From: Lingula anatina
Taxonomy: Eukaryota; Animalia; Brachiopoda
NCBI GenBank assembly: GCA_051362555.1
Contig: CM120643.1
Coordinates: 19,100,848 to 19,164,847 of the forward strand
Length of the DNA stretch: 64,000 bases
Direction of reading: 5' to 3'
Part shown: in pieces, positions 22,318-37,042 of the stretch
How the letters are laid out: every line of letters begins with the position of its first letter
Numbering within the stretch: position 1 is the stretch's first letter
Notes under the pieces: generated by a model
What the model was told of the DNA's origin: nothing
Databases searched by the model: none
What the model saw: only the letters and a program-made list of their open reading frames with translations
Position numbers and translations under genes: made by a program

Positions 22318-25300
22318 ATGGATAAAATCATGGACGCTACCACCGAGAGAAGCCCAAGCTTCACTCCGTCTGGCGAACGAACTGTAAAAATGCGACCCCG
22401 ACAGCAAGTCTCTGAAAACATTAAGAAAGTAGCCGTGACGATGAAAGGGGAACAGGCTCAGTTCATAGAGCTGGACCAGGTAATTAATTGCGGTCTTTTA
22501 TTATCAGTCATGGTGTTAAATATGGCTTGAATATGCTGAGGTCAGTTTTTTGACAAGCAGTGATATCACAGTGATAACTGCATTGTTAACTGATTAGTGA
22601 ATAAATGTGTGAAATGAAAAATATCTCAATGAATTATTGACATCAAAATTATGGCAAATTGAATGAAGGTGTGAAAGCTCATGGTCTTTCATATGGCATT
22701 TGATTGAAAATATCAGATATTAAAACTGTTGTTGAAGTTATGATTAGGGCAGGGGTTATTGTGTGTTCCTGTCTTACATGTACTAGTAGAAGAGTAGAGG
22801 AGGAGGGGGGGTCAATAGAACATGCTGCAACTGATTTTTTAAAGAATTTTATACATTTTATACATTATATTATTTTCTAAATAAATTGAAAATTATTATG
22901 TGACAAGAATTTTACATCTGAGTTATGCATTATAAATCATTGCAATGGAAACCACTTGAAGGTGATACCAGTGTATGAAATTCAAGGAAATTACTAGCCA
23001 GACCGCCGGGCAGGTAACTCTCAAAAGTTACCAGCCCGGCCATGTAGTTACCTGCCCTATTTATGATAACCCCTAGAGTTAAGAGAGGTATGCTGAGGGG
23101 GTCTAGAATGCATTCTTGAGAGAGTAATTTGGAAATGTTAATGAAAGGGCAATATCATGCCTTATGCATGGAAATTTAGAAATTGTTTGGAATTTCTACT
23201 GAATGATACCAATCAGTGTTGGATTTAGAGGGGGTCAAGGGGCTCCTGACGCCCCCCTTTTAATTTCTGTAAAAAAAACTCACCTCTTGAAATAAGATTT
23301 TCACTAGTTGAATCATAGTTCTAAACCATACCAAATGGCACCATTCACCATCTAAATTACCAAAAATTTTCAGGGCCCTTTAGCGGTCGGGGGAGGGCGG
23401 GGGTAGTCAATTTAGTTTATGTTCACCTTGCAGGCTGTCTCATTTCTTCGTCAATAATTTATTCATAACTTTTATTCCGATTTCGTGATATCATTTGATC
23501 ATAATTTTTGCTTTTTTGTATAGCAACAAGTATGACCAAAAATATATATATTGTTGTCAAATAAATCGATCTCTGTGCTAACAATAAAGAAGAAAGAATT
23601 TAGCACGTAGGGTCCCTTTGAATATCGCTTTTAAGCTTTAAAAAGCGGTCGGGAACGGTCTTGCACGCTAATGGCCCATAGACAGTCCTGCAGGGCCCCG
23701 TATCTAGAAAGCATTGCTTATTGAGAATAGCTATATATATCACATAGAGGCTACAATATAATTTTTATATGGGGCGAGTATGGACGAGTTATTGGATCGA
23801 GATGCTTGCGCTCGGTCGCAATGCGTGATACTTTCGAGTTACGGTTTTACAAAAAAAAATGTTGCCGCTCGACTACTTGCAAATCGAAGTCACCTTTCCA
23901 TTGGTCCCAATTTGTTCTCTTTCGTTTGGTTCTGTCGTAATCTTTGTTAGTTTTATTTCTTTCCTCAATTGTTTTTCTTTTGTGAACTTCTCTATCAGAC
24001 TTGATAAAATTTTTTCATTTTTGACAGCCCAAGATGAAAGCACGTGGGAAAAGAACTACATCTGACGCACGGCGTAAACTCGTACGTTAACTCATAATTT
24101 TGGGATTCAAATTTTTTGTACAATTCTCCTTTTATTTGCCTCCATTGCCTTTATTACTGTTGATTATAAGCACTTCATGTACCTATAAGTCTATTTAATC
24201 AATATCATAACTTTTTATAGTTTCACATTTTTATTACTCTCAACCTACAAATTGCTACTCGCGGTATCTCCTCTACACAAAACAATGACGTAACGTTATC
24301 TGCTGTGCACTGAAGCTGGTTAAGAACATTGTGCCTCGTTTCAAATTGTCTTTCAACTTCATATCACACAGACAGAACTTCGAAAACGAGGCCACTGAGA
24401 GGGAGACTGTTGGTTACATTTCGTTACGAGCGTTCGATTGCAAGCTATGATTAGTTCTTTGCTTCTATGAAAGTGGGTGAAAACAGTGAGTTTATTTGAT
24501 ATTTTGCTGAAATCGCTTGTGAACATAGACAAAATAAAAGGTGAAAATAGGCTGTAAAAACAGCCAGCCCGTCGGGCGGGTAATCTGCAAATCTTACCTG
24601 CCCGGCCGGAAAGTTACCAGCCTCGGGCTGGCGGGCAGGCGGCCATTTCATACACTGGTGATACTCACTGTTCATAACATGCTTAATGCCATCATCTGTT
24701 TCTCATTTCACAATTATTTCATTCCAGAACCGCCCTCTTGCAGCCATAATCAGGGATGTGTGTGATGGGTATGTGTTTGAAAAGACCAGGTTACAACAAG
24801 AACATGTTGGTCTTTCCATAGTGTAGTTTCTGCCTTTAACAGTATTTTATTAACTAATTTGAGAGTCTTACTTTCAAGAATCTGGTCGGTTAGCTTGCTA
24901 ATATAATAAAACAAGATAACTACATAAATTCATCCATGATAGATAATCAACAGACCTTCACACAAGGTGTGGAAATATTAAGACAAAGTATCTTTGAAAA
25001 ATAGTTTTCACTATATATTGTTTTTTTTTTTTTTTTTTTGACATAATTGAAATATTTATATTCATTTATAAATAAAATGAATAAATAGAAAATAAAAAAG
25101 TAATAGAAAACATTTCTGTGTCACTGTCACAAGGTATTTGGCTTATTTGAATGATGCTAGGGTCTGTTTTATGAAATTTTTAAAAGTTTTTGGATATTGT
25201 TTTGAGCTCAACTTGTATATAGCCAGCATTGGTATATGATCATTTTAATGAATGAGTTTTAACTGATCACAGCCAAGATTGATTTTAGTTCAAAATTGAG

Positions 25301-26120
25301 TCCTTTGGTGAAGTAGAGCCTGGGAGCTAGACTGGTGTGCTGTTAGAATCAGAAATGATGTGCAGTTAATGGCCTTTTCATTTTTATATTCTATTCTAGA
25401 TGGATGCTGACCAATGCAGATGACCATGCTTTACAAGTCACTGAACCAAACAGACCACAAACGTACATCACAGAAAGAGTAAGGCTCAAAGAATCTGATA
25501 TTGCTTTTACTGTCTAAGTTCTTATTGAAGGCTGAAGACACTTTGCTTAATTTCTTGATTCATTATCCCAGTTGTTAAGCAGTCAGCACAGTGCACAGTT
25601 GATTGAAAAGCAGAGGGATAGCTAGAACAGTTCTACAATCAAAAATCTTCCCTTCTAGGATAAGACCTAAAACTCATTTTGCTCTAAAATGATCATCAAT
25701 TTAAAAAGAAAAACATTGATATATAATTTTTTTTCTGCACTTTGAATGACCTGGTATAAATGTTTATATTATTGCAGTGTATTGAAAATATTGAGACACT
25801 CATTTGCACTTTTATCAATTTCAGAATAGACATGAGATACAGAATGGCAATGTTTTAAGACTAACATCCTCACCGGTATGTTTAATCATTACTTGTAAGG
25901 ATTCTGAAGTACTTTTATCCTCTTTTATTCAACTCAAGTGTCAAACCTTTCAGAAATTGTTTTCTCTTGAAAATAGCCCTGGAATCTGTACTTAAACATT
26001 TGATGACTCTGTACATAGTCATGGATATAAATTCAATATAAATTCATTGGTATGTGAATAAAAGAGATTGGATTGAGTTTAAACTTATTACCTGCTATAT
26101 ATTAATTTTTGATGAAAGGC

Positions 26121-26182
<62 letters not shown>

Positions 26183-29100
26183 CCAATTATTTGATCTTGT
26201 ATCACATTTTTCCCCTTTCAGTCAAAAACAGCTAAGGAAATATTAGAGCAGCTGAACTATGGAACACAGGAGAAGAAACTGGAAGCCTTGAAAGACTTAG
26301 CCAACTTTTCTGTTGACGTGACATTTGCTGTAGAGTTTATCAACACACAGGGGCTGCGGCTGATATTGCAGATGGTGGAGGGGGGTGGCATGTAAGTGAA
26401 ATCAAAATAGGCCATTTACCATGAGTTTTAGACCAATCTGTAAAAAACAGATATTTGATTTTGCTAATTAACATTAATTTTATTCTTAAATGAGCCCAAA
26501 TGGATTCCTGGTAAATCATTAAATTCAAAAATTGAGATGTCTGTTAAGTTTAATTTCAGTCTGCGGGGCAGGTATATTAATTAGTACCACCAGCGTGTAC
26601 GCTGGCGGTACTCATGGTTTTAGTCCCGACCCGTCTCGTCCGGCTCCGCCGGCTCCGTTGGCTCCGTTGGCTCCGCCGGCTCCATAAGCTCCGCCGGCTC
26701 CGCGTACTGGCGCCGGATACAAGTCACCGTTACCGCTTCTCCTCCTAGACCGCAAGGACCGCTGTCCCCATCTCTTGGATTTAGGTCACATATAACCTCA
26801 ACTTGAACCCCCAGGTTTTTTTGTCTCAGTCGGTGCATTAACCTGGGCATGACGCTCGTTGAAATGCACCCTTGTCAAAATTTTTGAAAATTCAATGCCA
26901 ATTATCTACCCTACGGAAGGAATTATGGGAAAAATTTCTACAGACAGCTTTCCAAAAGTCATATGTGTAGATTTCAAATATGCCCTTGGATTTGACCTTT
27001 GACCTTTATTTCAAGGTCAAACGGGCCAAAATTTTCAAAAAAATGAAATTTTTTACAAAAAAAATATTATTTGCGCTGTTATTCAGACACTACACAGACT
27101 TAACCAATAATATTATTGGAAAGTGTTACCCTTTGGGTCTTCTTTCATCTCCATGAATTTGGGGTCAATCGGTGCATTTTCACGGGAGAAGCGGCCATAA
27201 GATACCGAAACTGAAAACTGTCTCTAATTCGGGAACCGTTAATGCTAGCGACCCGTTCTTTTTTGCATTTTGTAGAGCATGTAAAGCCCAACATTGCATA
27301 TGGTCTCCGTTTATTTGTATTTCATACGGTTTTCGTGTTATGCTGTATTAAAAAGTACATTGTGGTGGCACATTATTGTAACTCAGAATTGTAACATTAT
27401 ATCTCCAAAACTGGCAGAGATAGGTCAATAGTTACTATTAAAGTTGAATAGGATGTCACATACTGGCAATTTAACAGTGACCATAAAATTGACCTTTGAC
27501 CTACTTTTCATCATGAATTGAACTTTGCAAATTTTCGTTCCCTTTTATCTCCAAAACTGGCAGAGATAGGTTCATAGTTACTATTGAACTTGAATAGGAA
27601 GTCATATACTGGCAATTTACTGTGACCTTAAATTTGACATTTGACCTACTTTTTACCATGAACTGAACTTTGCAAATTTTTGTTCTCTTTTATCTCCAAA
27701 ACTGGCAAAGATACGCCCATAGTTACTATTGAATTTGAATAGAAAGTCATTAGAGGCAATTTACTGTGACCTTTAAATTGACCTTTGACCTACTTTTCAC
27801 CATGAACTGAACTTTGCAAATTTTCATTCCCTTTTATCTCCAAAACTGGCAGAGATAGGTCCATAGTTACTATTGAACTTGAATAGGAAGTCATATACTG
27901 GCAATCTAAGTGTGACCTTGAAATTGACCTTTGACCTACTTTTCATCATGAATTGAACTTTGCAAATTTTCTTTTCGTTTTATCATCAAAACTGGCAGAT
28001 ATAGGTCCATAGTTACTATTGAACTTAAGTAGTAAGTCATATACTGGTAATTTACTGTGACCTTAAAATTGACCTTTGACCATCTTTTTACTATGAACTG
28101 AACTTTGCAAATTTTCTTTCTCCTTTATCTCCAAAACTGACAGAAATAGGTCCATAGTTACTATTGAACTTGAATAGGAAGTAATACACTAGCAATCTGT
28201 GACCTTGAAATTGACCTTTGACCTACTTTTTATGATGAACTGCTTTTTGCATGTTTTCAGGCCTTTAAATCTGCAAAATTGGCAAAGAAATACCCATGGT
28301 TGCTATTGAACTTGAATAGAAATTCATATACTATGATATTGAAATTGACCTTTGACCTACTTTTTCACCATGAACTGAGCTTAAAATATTTTCTTGCCTC
28401 TCATATCTTTAAAACCAGCAGAGATGTGCCCCTTGTTGCCCCTAGGTTTTCTCTTTTGTCAGCATATATGCACCATTGACAACACTTTTCAAGGAAAACC
28501 AATAGGCCTTTTGTCTAGAGAATACAGGAGTGATCAAGGGTAGGAAAATGCAAGTCAATTCGAAAATCTGCTTGATTATACCATTTTTAGTTATATTTTT
28601 TTGCATATTTTGAGAACTCTTATTGATTGCATCTTATAGAGCTTGTCAAGCACAAGACTGGTGATGGTGTCCCTTTTTGGAGGGGTGGGGGGGGTCCATA
28701 CGAATGCGCTTACTCCAGCTGGTGGTACAATATCCGGAGGCGGTATCGCCTCTCTGATCCTCTAGTTAAAAGTTACAGTGAGACGAGTGACGCTATCCAG
28801 GAGTTTTAAGGATTATAGTTTGTTTTTTATGTGAGAAGAGTTACCTTAGCTTCTGATTTCCCAGTCTTGTAAATAAACAAAATAAGATCGTTCTTATTAT
28901 TGATGTGTTTTAAACATTTCATTTACTCCTTTTATCTAAATGTGATGCAATTTATCTATAATATTATTGTAGTAGTGGAGAATCCTTGGCGTTTACGTTG
29001 AAGGCATTTGTGGAGCTCATGGATCATGGGATTGTCTCCTGGGACATTCTGGAACCAAAATTCATCAAGAATGTGAGTAGATAACAATAACAACAATTAC

Positions 29101-29509
29101 TCTGATTTTAGCTGGTGATTGAAGAAATTATTATAATATTAGCAAAGACTGCTAGTCAAACATGTCATTGATGTGATTTTAAAATGTAAGATAGATAAAC
29201 AGAATCATGTTGTGTTTCGTTCTCCCTTCCCCAGGTGTCTGGCTGTATATCTAAGAGTGGTTGTGACCCCACAACACTGCAGTCTGCACTGGAGATATTG
29301 GAGTCCACCGTGTTACACAGGTAATGGTGGAGGTCTCAGCATGCTGTATGTTAGGTCATTTCCAACTGAATAACTAAACTTAAAAGCAGAGAGAGAGAGA
29401 GAATTCATCATGAAGATTGATAATTTTTTGCCAGAGCTACTTGATTGGTCAGATCCAGATGCGTGGAAATTTAAATCATTTATGAAAGTATGCAAGCAAG
29501 CAAGGGTGC

Positions 29510-29586
<77 letters not shown>

Positions 29587-32500
29587 CGCGCATCCATGTG
29601 TGTTCGTAGAGGGGGAGGTGGAAGGGAGTACTTGAAATTGAACTAATATCTGAATTTTTGTTAAACTTCTTATGATATTTAAATTTATGTTAACTTTGTA
29701 GATACAACTGTACAGCACTTGAGTGTAAGGCTAAAAGGAAGTTATTTTGAATTCCAGTTGAAAGATATAGAAAATTCATTGTGTATATTTTATTTCCAGT
29801 TCTTCCAAAGCAGGTTTTGTGGAGCAGGAGGTTACACCAGTCAATCTCATTGTACATTTACAAAGGTGACATTGCTTTCCTTTTGAACAGTATTGAAGAT
29901 ATGTCTTGTTTTAATCTGGTCATCAAATTTTTTAGCAAAGATGTAATTTTGTACATCTGAACTACATGTTTGTATTTTTATGGATAGATAGTTTATTATA
30001 ATCAAACTATCTATATAAAATAGTTGTTCACTAATTCAGATATACATATGAATTTTAGATGTTCACATTATTATCAATAAATTGAACTGAAAAAACTTTA
30101 ATTACAATAATTTTTTCAGAGATAAAATATTTTCTTGTAGACTTTAAGATAACCCGAATCCAATAACATTTTTTTTAAGTAGTAGGTGATTAACTTTTTG
30201 TTGTAGATGATTAAATTTTTGTTGGAGACTACACAATTTTGATAGTATTTGTAATTTTTGTTGCAGTTCAAATCCAGATATACAAAAGAGTGCCATAGCA
30301 CTGATCAATGCACTGTTCTTGAAGGCAGAGTCTCAGAAGAGGAGGGTAGGGTTGATTTTTATAATCAGATTGAGAACACTTGGGAGGTGGGGGGTGGGGA
30401 CAGAGAGAATTCAGTGAATTATTTTATCATTTTCTACTTAAATACTTAAATGGCAAAAAATGAGATATCCAGTTAGGAGAGAGAGAGAGAGAGAGAGTTA
30501 GTTGTCAGTGATTATATAGCTTCCATTTTAAAATTTAAATAATGACCAAAGATGAGAAAGCATTTTATGGATAGCCATTACATATATTACTAACAATTAC
30601 ATTTAGATATAAGGAGTAAATGAAATGTTTTACCTTTGCAGGCCATAGCAGAGAGTCTCCAGAGCAAATCAATCAGGAATGTGATTCTCAGTGTAAGTTG
30701 ATCAGTCTTCCAATATCAAAAATAAGTTTTTATTTATTTATTAATTTCATTTCCAGTTAAATAAACTTATCCTCACCCCTCCTCTCCATTTCTTGATATC
30801 CATAATTTATGCCATTGGCATAATTCTTTTACCTCCTAGATCATTTGTATACGGCAAGTTAATCCCATTCGTTGTTTGCTGTAGAGGCTTTATTGAAAAT
30901 TCTTTAAAAGATCAAGATAAGCAGCCTTTCAGATTATTTATGAAACACAACTTCGTTGACATAAATTCCAAGAGTCATGAGAAAGACCAATTTTCAACCA
31001 GGTAGTAATTGTGTTACAAAGAAGCATTTCAATTTGTGTTTTGTTTGCTTTCTTCCAGCATGTCATCCGTGGTCCTAACACAGTGGGCACAGAGATGGCA
31101 CACCAGTTATACATGTTACAGAGCCTGATGTTTAACTTGTTAGAGGAGAGAATGAATGCCAAAGTGGATAAACAAGACCAGGTAAGTTAAAGTTAAAAGC
31201 ACCAGTCCTGCTATCCATTTTCATGCTTATAATGAACATATTGAATGTGATATGATTGGTTTATTTTGCAATTCCTCGATAGATATGGCCAAGATTACGT
31301 ACTCCCTGGGGGCTTTCTGTTTAAAACTTAGGTACTTGCTTATTTAAACGGCTAGTTAATTTTATCAAATTGAAAAAAAATCAATAAGTAATGCATATGA
31401 ACAGATGAGAATATACATCTAATCTGAAAATCTTTTTTTGATTGTCATGTATGCACAATTTTTAAAATCATTTTCTGAACTTGAGAAGTTTGTTTGGATG
31501 ATTACTATGGCTAAAAAAAACTTGTGTCTTTCTCATGAGGACTCCAGCTGATTAAAAAAATGTAGCAAACATTAAGTATTATACTTAAAGAAACAAATGA
31601 TAGTGATCTAAACTATTTTTTCTTGTATGAACAGGTGTCCATGGCTCTAATTGTTGAACTGAAGAAGCTTGCATTTGACACAGAGAACGAGAACAACACA
31701 ACTTCCTACAGAAAACAGTCCAACTTTGGCACCTACTACAAAAAGTTAGGGTTTCAGGTAAGGAGGATATTCTTCATGAAGATAACGTTTTAATTTGTGA
31801 TATGCATCATAATATCCAAGAAAAGAAATCATTATGCTGATGAGAGGATGATTATAAGGGAGTCACAATAAAATTGGTATTTTCTGTGTGATAACTTGTG
31901 TTACTATTCTGTTAGTAAGAACATGGAAGTAAGAATATGTGAAGATGTACCAATAAGGCCATTTTTTCTTTTCTTTTTTTCATTTTTATAGCTTTTATAT
32001 GAAAAGTTTCCCCTGTTATTTGCAGCATCATTCCAATCCAGTTGAAGACTTCACAGAGGTGCCCCCTGGTGCCCTGGCCCTGGATAACATGGTCTACTTT
32101 GCCAGGAGTCACATTGATAGTTATACCAAGGTAATTGAATTGGTTTCTGTTTCTTTCTTTTTCTTTTATTTGCTGATGTGTGAAAAAGAGTAAATGCACT
32201 CGTGCAGGTATGCACACACAAACAGAGAGAGAGAGGACTACACATAATCCAATTCATATGTAGGTACATTACAGCAATATAATGAAATACAGTACAAATC
32301 AGTTTACTTGCAATAATTACTGTAACATACAGCAATATTATGTTTGAAAGAGCTCTGTCTTCCGTTGCTTTGATTTTTATTTTGATTTGCTCCATTAGTC
32401 ATTAAAAAAGAAAAGACAAGGTTGCAAGTCGTGTGTTTAGTTGCCTTGAAAAAATGAGAGCATGGATCTAACAAACACAATTCTGGATCAAATCCAGCAG

Positions 32501-32749
32501 CAAAAATATGACAGTAATTTGTGCCCATTTTAACAAATTTAATGCTCAAGATTTAAATAAATTAAAAAAGTTAATTTTCTTTTACTAGGTTGTGTTAGAG
32601 AACTCCTGTAGGGCAGATGAACATGACTGTCCATTTGCCAGGGCAAGCATAGAGCTGACCAAAATGTTGTGTGATATCCTCAACATTGGAGATACACGTA
32701 AGTGGCAACCCCCTGCATATGCATTCTGAATAGGCCTCTATAGATTGTG

Positions 32750-32796
<47 letters not shown>

Positions 32797-35700
32797 TGGA
32801 GGGGAAGGGAAAGGTGGTCTTTCTTCTGTATATTGATGAAGGACCCTGCTTAGCTGAAAGCTAATTGGGGAGACTTAAATTATTTTCTGATGTAATTAGG
32901 TTTTTGAAAGTTTCTTTATAGATAATCACTTTTTAAAGGTTACTAGAGAGGAACAATACATCACAATTGTAATAATCTACTTGAACCAGTGGTGATTGCA
33001 GAGTCTGCTAGACATTATCTTTTTCACCATATGGGATTAAAAAATTATTTAGTAACAGTTTTTATGTACAGACACAGATGTGTCTGTACATATAGCCATC
33101 ATCTGCGTCTGTCGTCGCCGTCGTCGCTGTCGTCGCCGTCGTCGCCGTCGCCGTGCACTTTTACCGATAACACGATAAATGGAAAACTGTTTGTTCTTTT
33201 GGTATGAAACTTACAGAACTGATGAATATTCATAATACGCAGGTCAAGTTCGAAAATCAGCATGATCGGGTCATTTTTAGGGAATTTATGCTGTTTTTTC
33301 ACTTTTTTCAGCATATATGCAGCACCGATAACACGATAAGTGGAAAACCATTTTACCTTTTGACTTGAAACTTACAAAACTGATGAATATTCATAATACG
33401 CAGGTCAAGTTCGAAAATCAGCATGATCGGGTCACTTTTAGGGAATTTATGCTGTTTTTTCACTTTTTTCAGCATATATGCAGCACCGATAACACGATAA
33501 GTGAAAAACCATTTTATCTTTTGGCTTGAAAGTTACAGAACTGATGAATATTCATAATACGCAGGTCAAGTTCGAAAATCAGCATGATCGGGTCATTTTT
33601 AGGGAATTTATGCTGTTTTTTCACTTTTTTCAGCATATATGCAACCCCGATAACACGATAAGTGGAAAACCATCCTACCTTTTGGCTTGAAACTTACAAA
33701 ACTGATTAATATTCATAATACACAGGTCAAGTTCGAAAATCAGCATGATTGGGTCATTTTTAGGGAATTTATGCTGTTTTTTCACTATTTTTCAGCATAT
33801 ATGCAGCACCGATAACACCATAAGTGGAAAACCAATTTACCTTTTGGCTTGAAACTTGTAGAACTGATAAATATTCATAATACGCAAGTCAAGTTCGAAA
33901 ATCAGCATGATTCGATTATTGTTAGGGAATTTATGCTGTTTTTTCACTTTTTTCAGCATATATGCAGCACTGATAACACAATAAGTGGAAAACTGTTTTT
34001 TCATTTGGCTTGAAACTTACAGAACTAATGAATATTCATAATACGCAGGTCAAGTTTGAAAATCAGCAAGATCGGGCAAATTTTATGGAAGTTATCCTGT
34101 TTTTTTTTTTGTTTTTTTTCAATTTTTTCAGCACTTTTATAACACCGATAACATGATAAGTGTAAAAATGTTTTTCCTTTCCTTGGATTGAAATTTACAG
34201 AACTGGTGAATATTTATTATACGCAGGTCAAGTTTGAAAATTGGCATGATTGGACTATTTTTACAAAAGTAATGCTGTTTTTTTCCCTTTATTCAGCATA
34301 CATGCAACACTGATAACGCATTTTAAGGAAAACCAATCAGCCTTTTGTCTTGCAACTCACAGGAGTGATCAATCTGACCAGTATACAGATCAAGTTTGAA
34401 AATAAGCTTGATCAGTTAAGTTTTGATGAAGTTATTAGCCTTTTTGTATATAAGTGGTTTTTCTTCAGATTTAATTCTTAAGCATGTTAACAGTCTCATA
34501 ACGGTACTAATTGGATATGTTAAAGTGTTGTTTTAACATTTTCTGCTTCTTAACAATATTGTTAGTTGATTATATAAAAATGACGGTAAACCTATTATCC
34601 TGCATTGTGTAATAAAGTATCAAAAATGGAAAGGAACTCATCATTGCAGTTCGTCAGATTCAATCATTCACTATGTTCAGAATCTCCAAATGGAGCTAAT
34701 TGGACATTATAAATTGTTCTATTGATATTTTTCCTATGTCAACAATTTTCCTAGTTGATCATTTAAAAATGACAGTTAATTGATGATGGTTTTATATAAA
34801 AAAGGTGTTGAAAATGGAAAGAAAATCATTTCAGTACAGTTATCTCTTGTTAACATTTTGGCATTTTGAAAGTGTGACCCTAACTTCCATGTCCTTGGAG
34901 ACCTTTCCATATCACATTTTCTGAATATCCATGATACTTTTATTTTTTTATAAAAAATTTGATGGTCATTATGCTGTTAAGTATTATGTTATATTGCATG
35001 AAAGTTAAAGAAAACCCTATTTTGGACACTGCTGCCAGGATAGCGATTAAGGGAAAACCATGTTACTTATGATAATCAACCTTACTGAAAAGAGTGAAGT
35101 GCAGCTTGTGTTGGAAAACCATCGTAATTGTTTTCTGTTTTGAAAGCAATGCAGTACAGTGCTATTTGGTGCAATAAATGTATATGGATAGTAGGCAGTT
35201 AATTCAGGGTTATAAAATAATTTGCTTAATTGATTTTCAAGTTATTTCAGGGTTATAAAATAATTTGCTTAATTAATTTTCAAGTGGGTATTAAATGAGA
35301 TTACATAAAAACACATTGAGATTTCATTGTAAAGTCCCATCGGTTTAGCTTTCTTAACTGTGTCACATAATTAGGAATCGATGATTATTATGCAGGTAAA
35401 TGTTATTTAATATGGAAAATAAGTTTACAAAAAAAAATTTGTGTAACGCTTACATTAATGCTAAAGATGAATAACAGTGCCTTATTATTCTCAAACTCAA
35501 TAGGGTTATTCATATCATGTTAGTAATTGTACAGCTAGATTAAAAGTTTGAATAGCAGCTTTATTGGTATTTTTTGTTATGTTTTATTTTACATTTTCTT
35601 TTAATTTTTTTATGCTGTTTTTTCACTTTTTTTCAACATATATGCAACATTAATAACACAATATAAGAAAAACAGCTTAGCCAATTGTCATTATACTCAC

Positions 35701-36948
35701 AGGAGTGGTCAATCTTACAAAAATGCAGGTTGAGTTCGAAAATCAGTGTTATCGGGCCATTATTTTAGAAGTTGTACTGTTTTTTTCAAATTTCCTCAGA
35801 TTCAATTCTTAGGCATGTTAACAGTCTCATTATTGAACTAATAAGATACGTAAAAGTGTGTGTTTGATATTTCCTGCATCTTTACAACATTGTTAGTTGA
35901 TTATGTAAAAATGATGGTAAACTTGTTATCATGTATTGTGTAATCAAGTGTCCAAAACGGAAATAAACTCATATCATTGCAGTTTGTCAGATTCAATCAT
36001 CCACATCTGCCATGATGACCATGATGGGAAAACCGTGTTCGTTATGATTGTCAAACTTTCAAAAAAGAAACACAGGACTAAAATGCAGCCCAAGTTGGAA
36101 AAGCAGTCTAATGGGCTTCTTTTTCTGGAAGTTATTCATTTTAGTGAAATATTTATTATCTTTTTGGCATATTCATTGTGGGACTCGGAGCTCCCATGGA
36201 CATGAAGCCGGATGGTAATCAAATTTTCTACATGTTCATGCTATTTATAGTCAATAATCAAAAATTGGTGATAATTATTCTATAATTTATTATGTAATGT
36301 TACATCAAAATTGACAATAATCTTTTTGCACTGCTACTGCAAACATTATGAAAAGAAAACTGTGTTATTTATTATTATATTTAACTTAAGAGTATGATTT
36401 TTAGGATTGGCATGCAGTTCAAATTAGAAAGCCAGGTCAATTGGGTTATCATTTATTATTGAATTTAATGCAATTTTGTGTGAAATTTCATTTTTCTCAT
36501 TCTGGCACTTTCTAAGTATAAACTTGAACTCTGATGGGCCAGAAGCCTTATGCTTTTACTCTCATCGGTGTTACCTGTTGTGCAAAATTAAAATTTGATG
36601 TTGACTGTGCAGTTAAACATAATGTATTATTGCATCAGAAGTGGTAGTCTCCTATTTTGTGCATTATTGTTTTGTGCTCTTCTTAAGTTGTGACTTATGG
36701 GCCTGAAAGACCTTTGAGAGGGTCAGTCTATAAATTTCCCTTGGGTATCACTTCGCTAATTTAAGTTATAAAGTAATTTGCCTAATTGATAGGCTACATA
36801 AAGCACACTTGTGATATCATTTGAGATTACATAAAGCACACTTGTTGATATTTCCCTGTAAACTCCCATAGGTTAAGCTCTCTGCTAGATTAATAATAAG
36901 GAAGCAGTGATAATTATGCAGGTAAATTTTGTTTAATATTGCAAATAA

Positions 36949-37042
<94 letters not shown>

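Noticed and set aside
26620-26850. ORF with [14 protein letters not shown] repeats
   Set aside because: It is the translation of the 9-bp minisatellite at the 5' end of the HINE element and has no splice or homology support.
29313-29718. ORFs with (TH)n or (CV)n runs
   Set aside because: Translations of the (TG)n microsatellite.
33163-34400. Regularly spaced repeats as a CRISPR-like array
   Set aside because: Whole 161-bp monomers repeat with no unique spacers, the context is a eukaryotic intron, and there are no cas genes.
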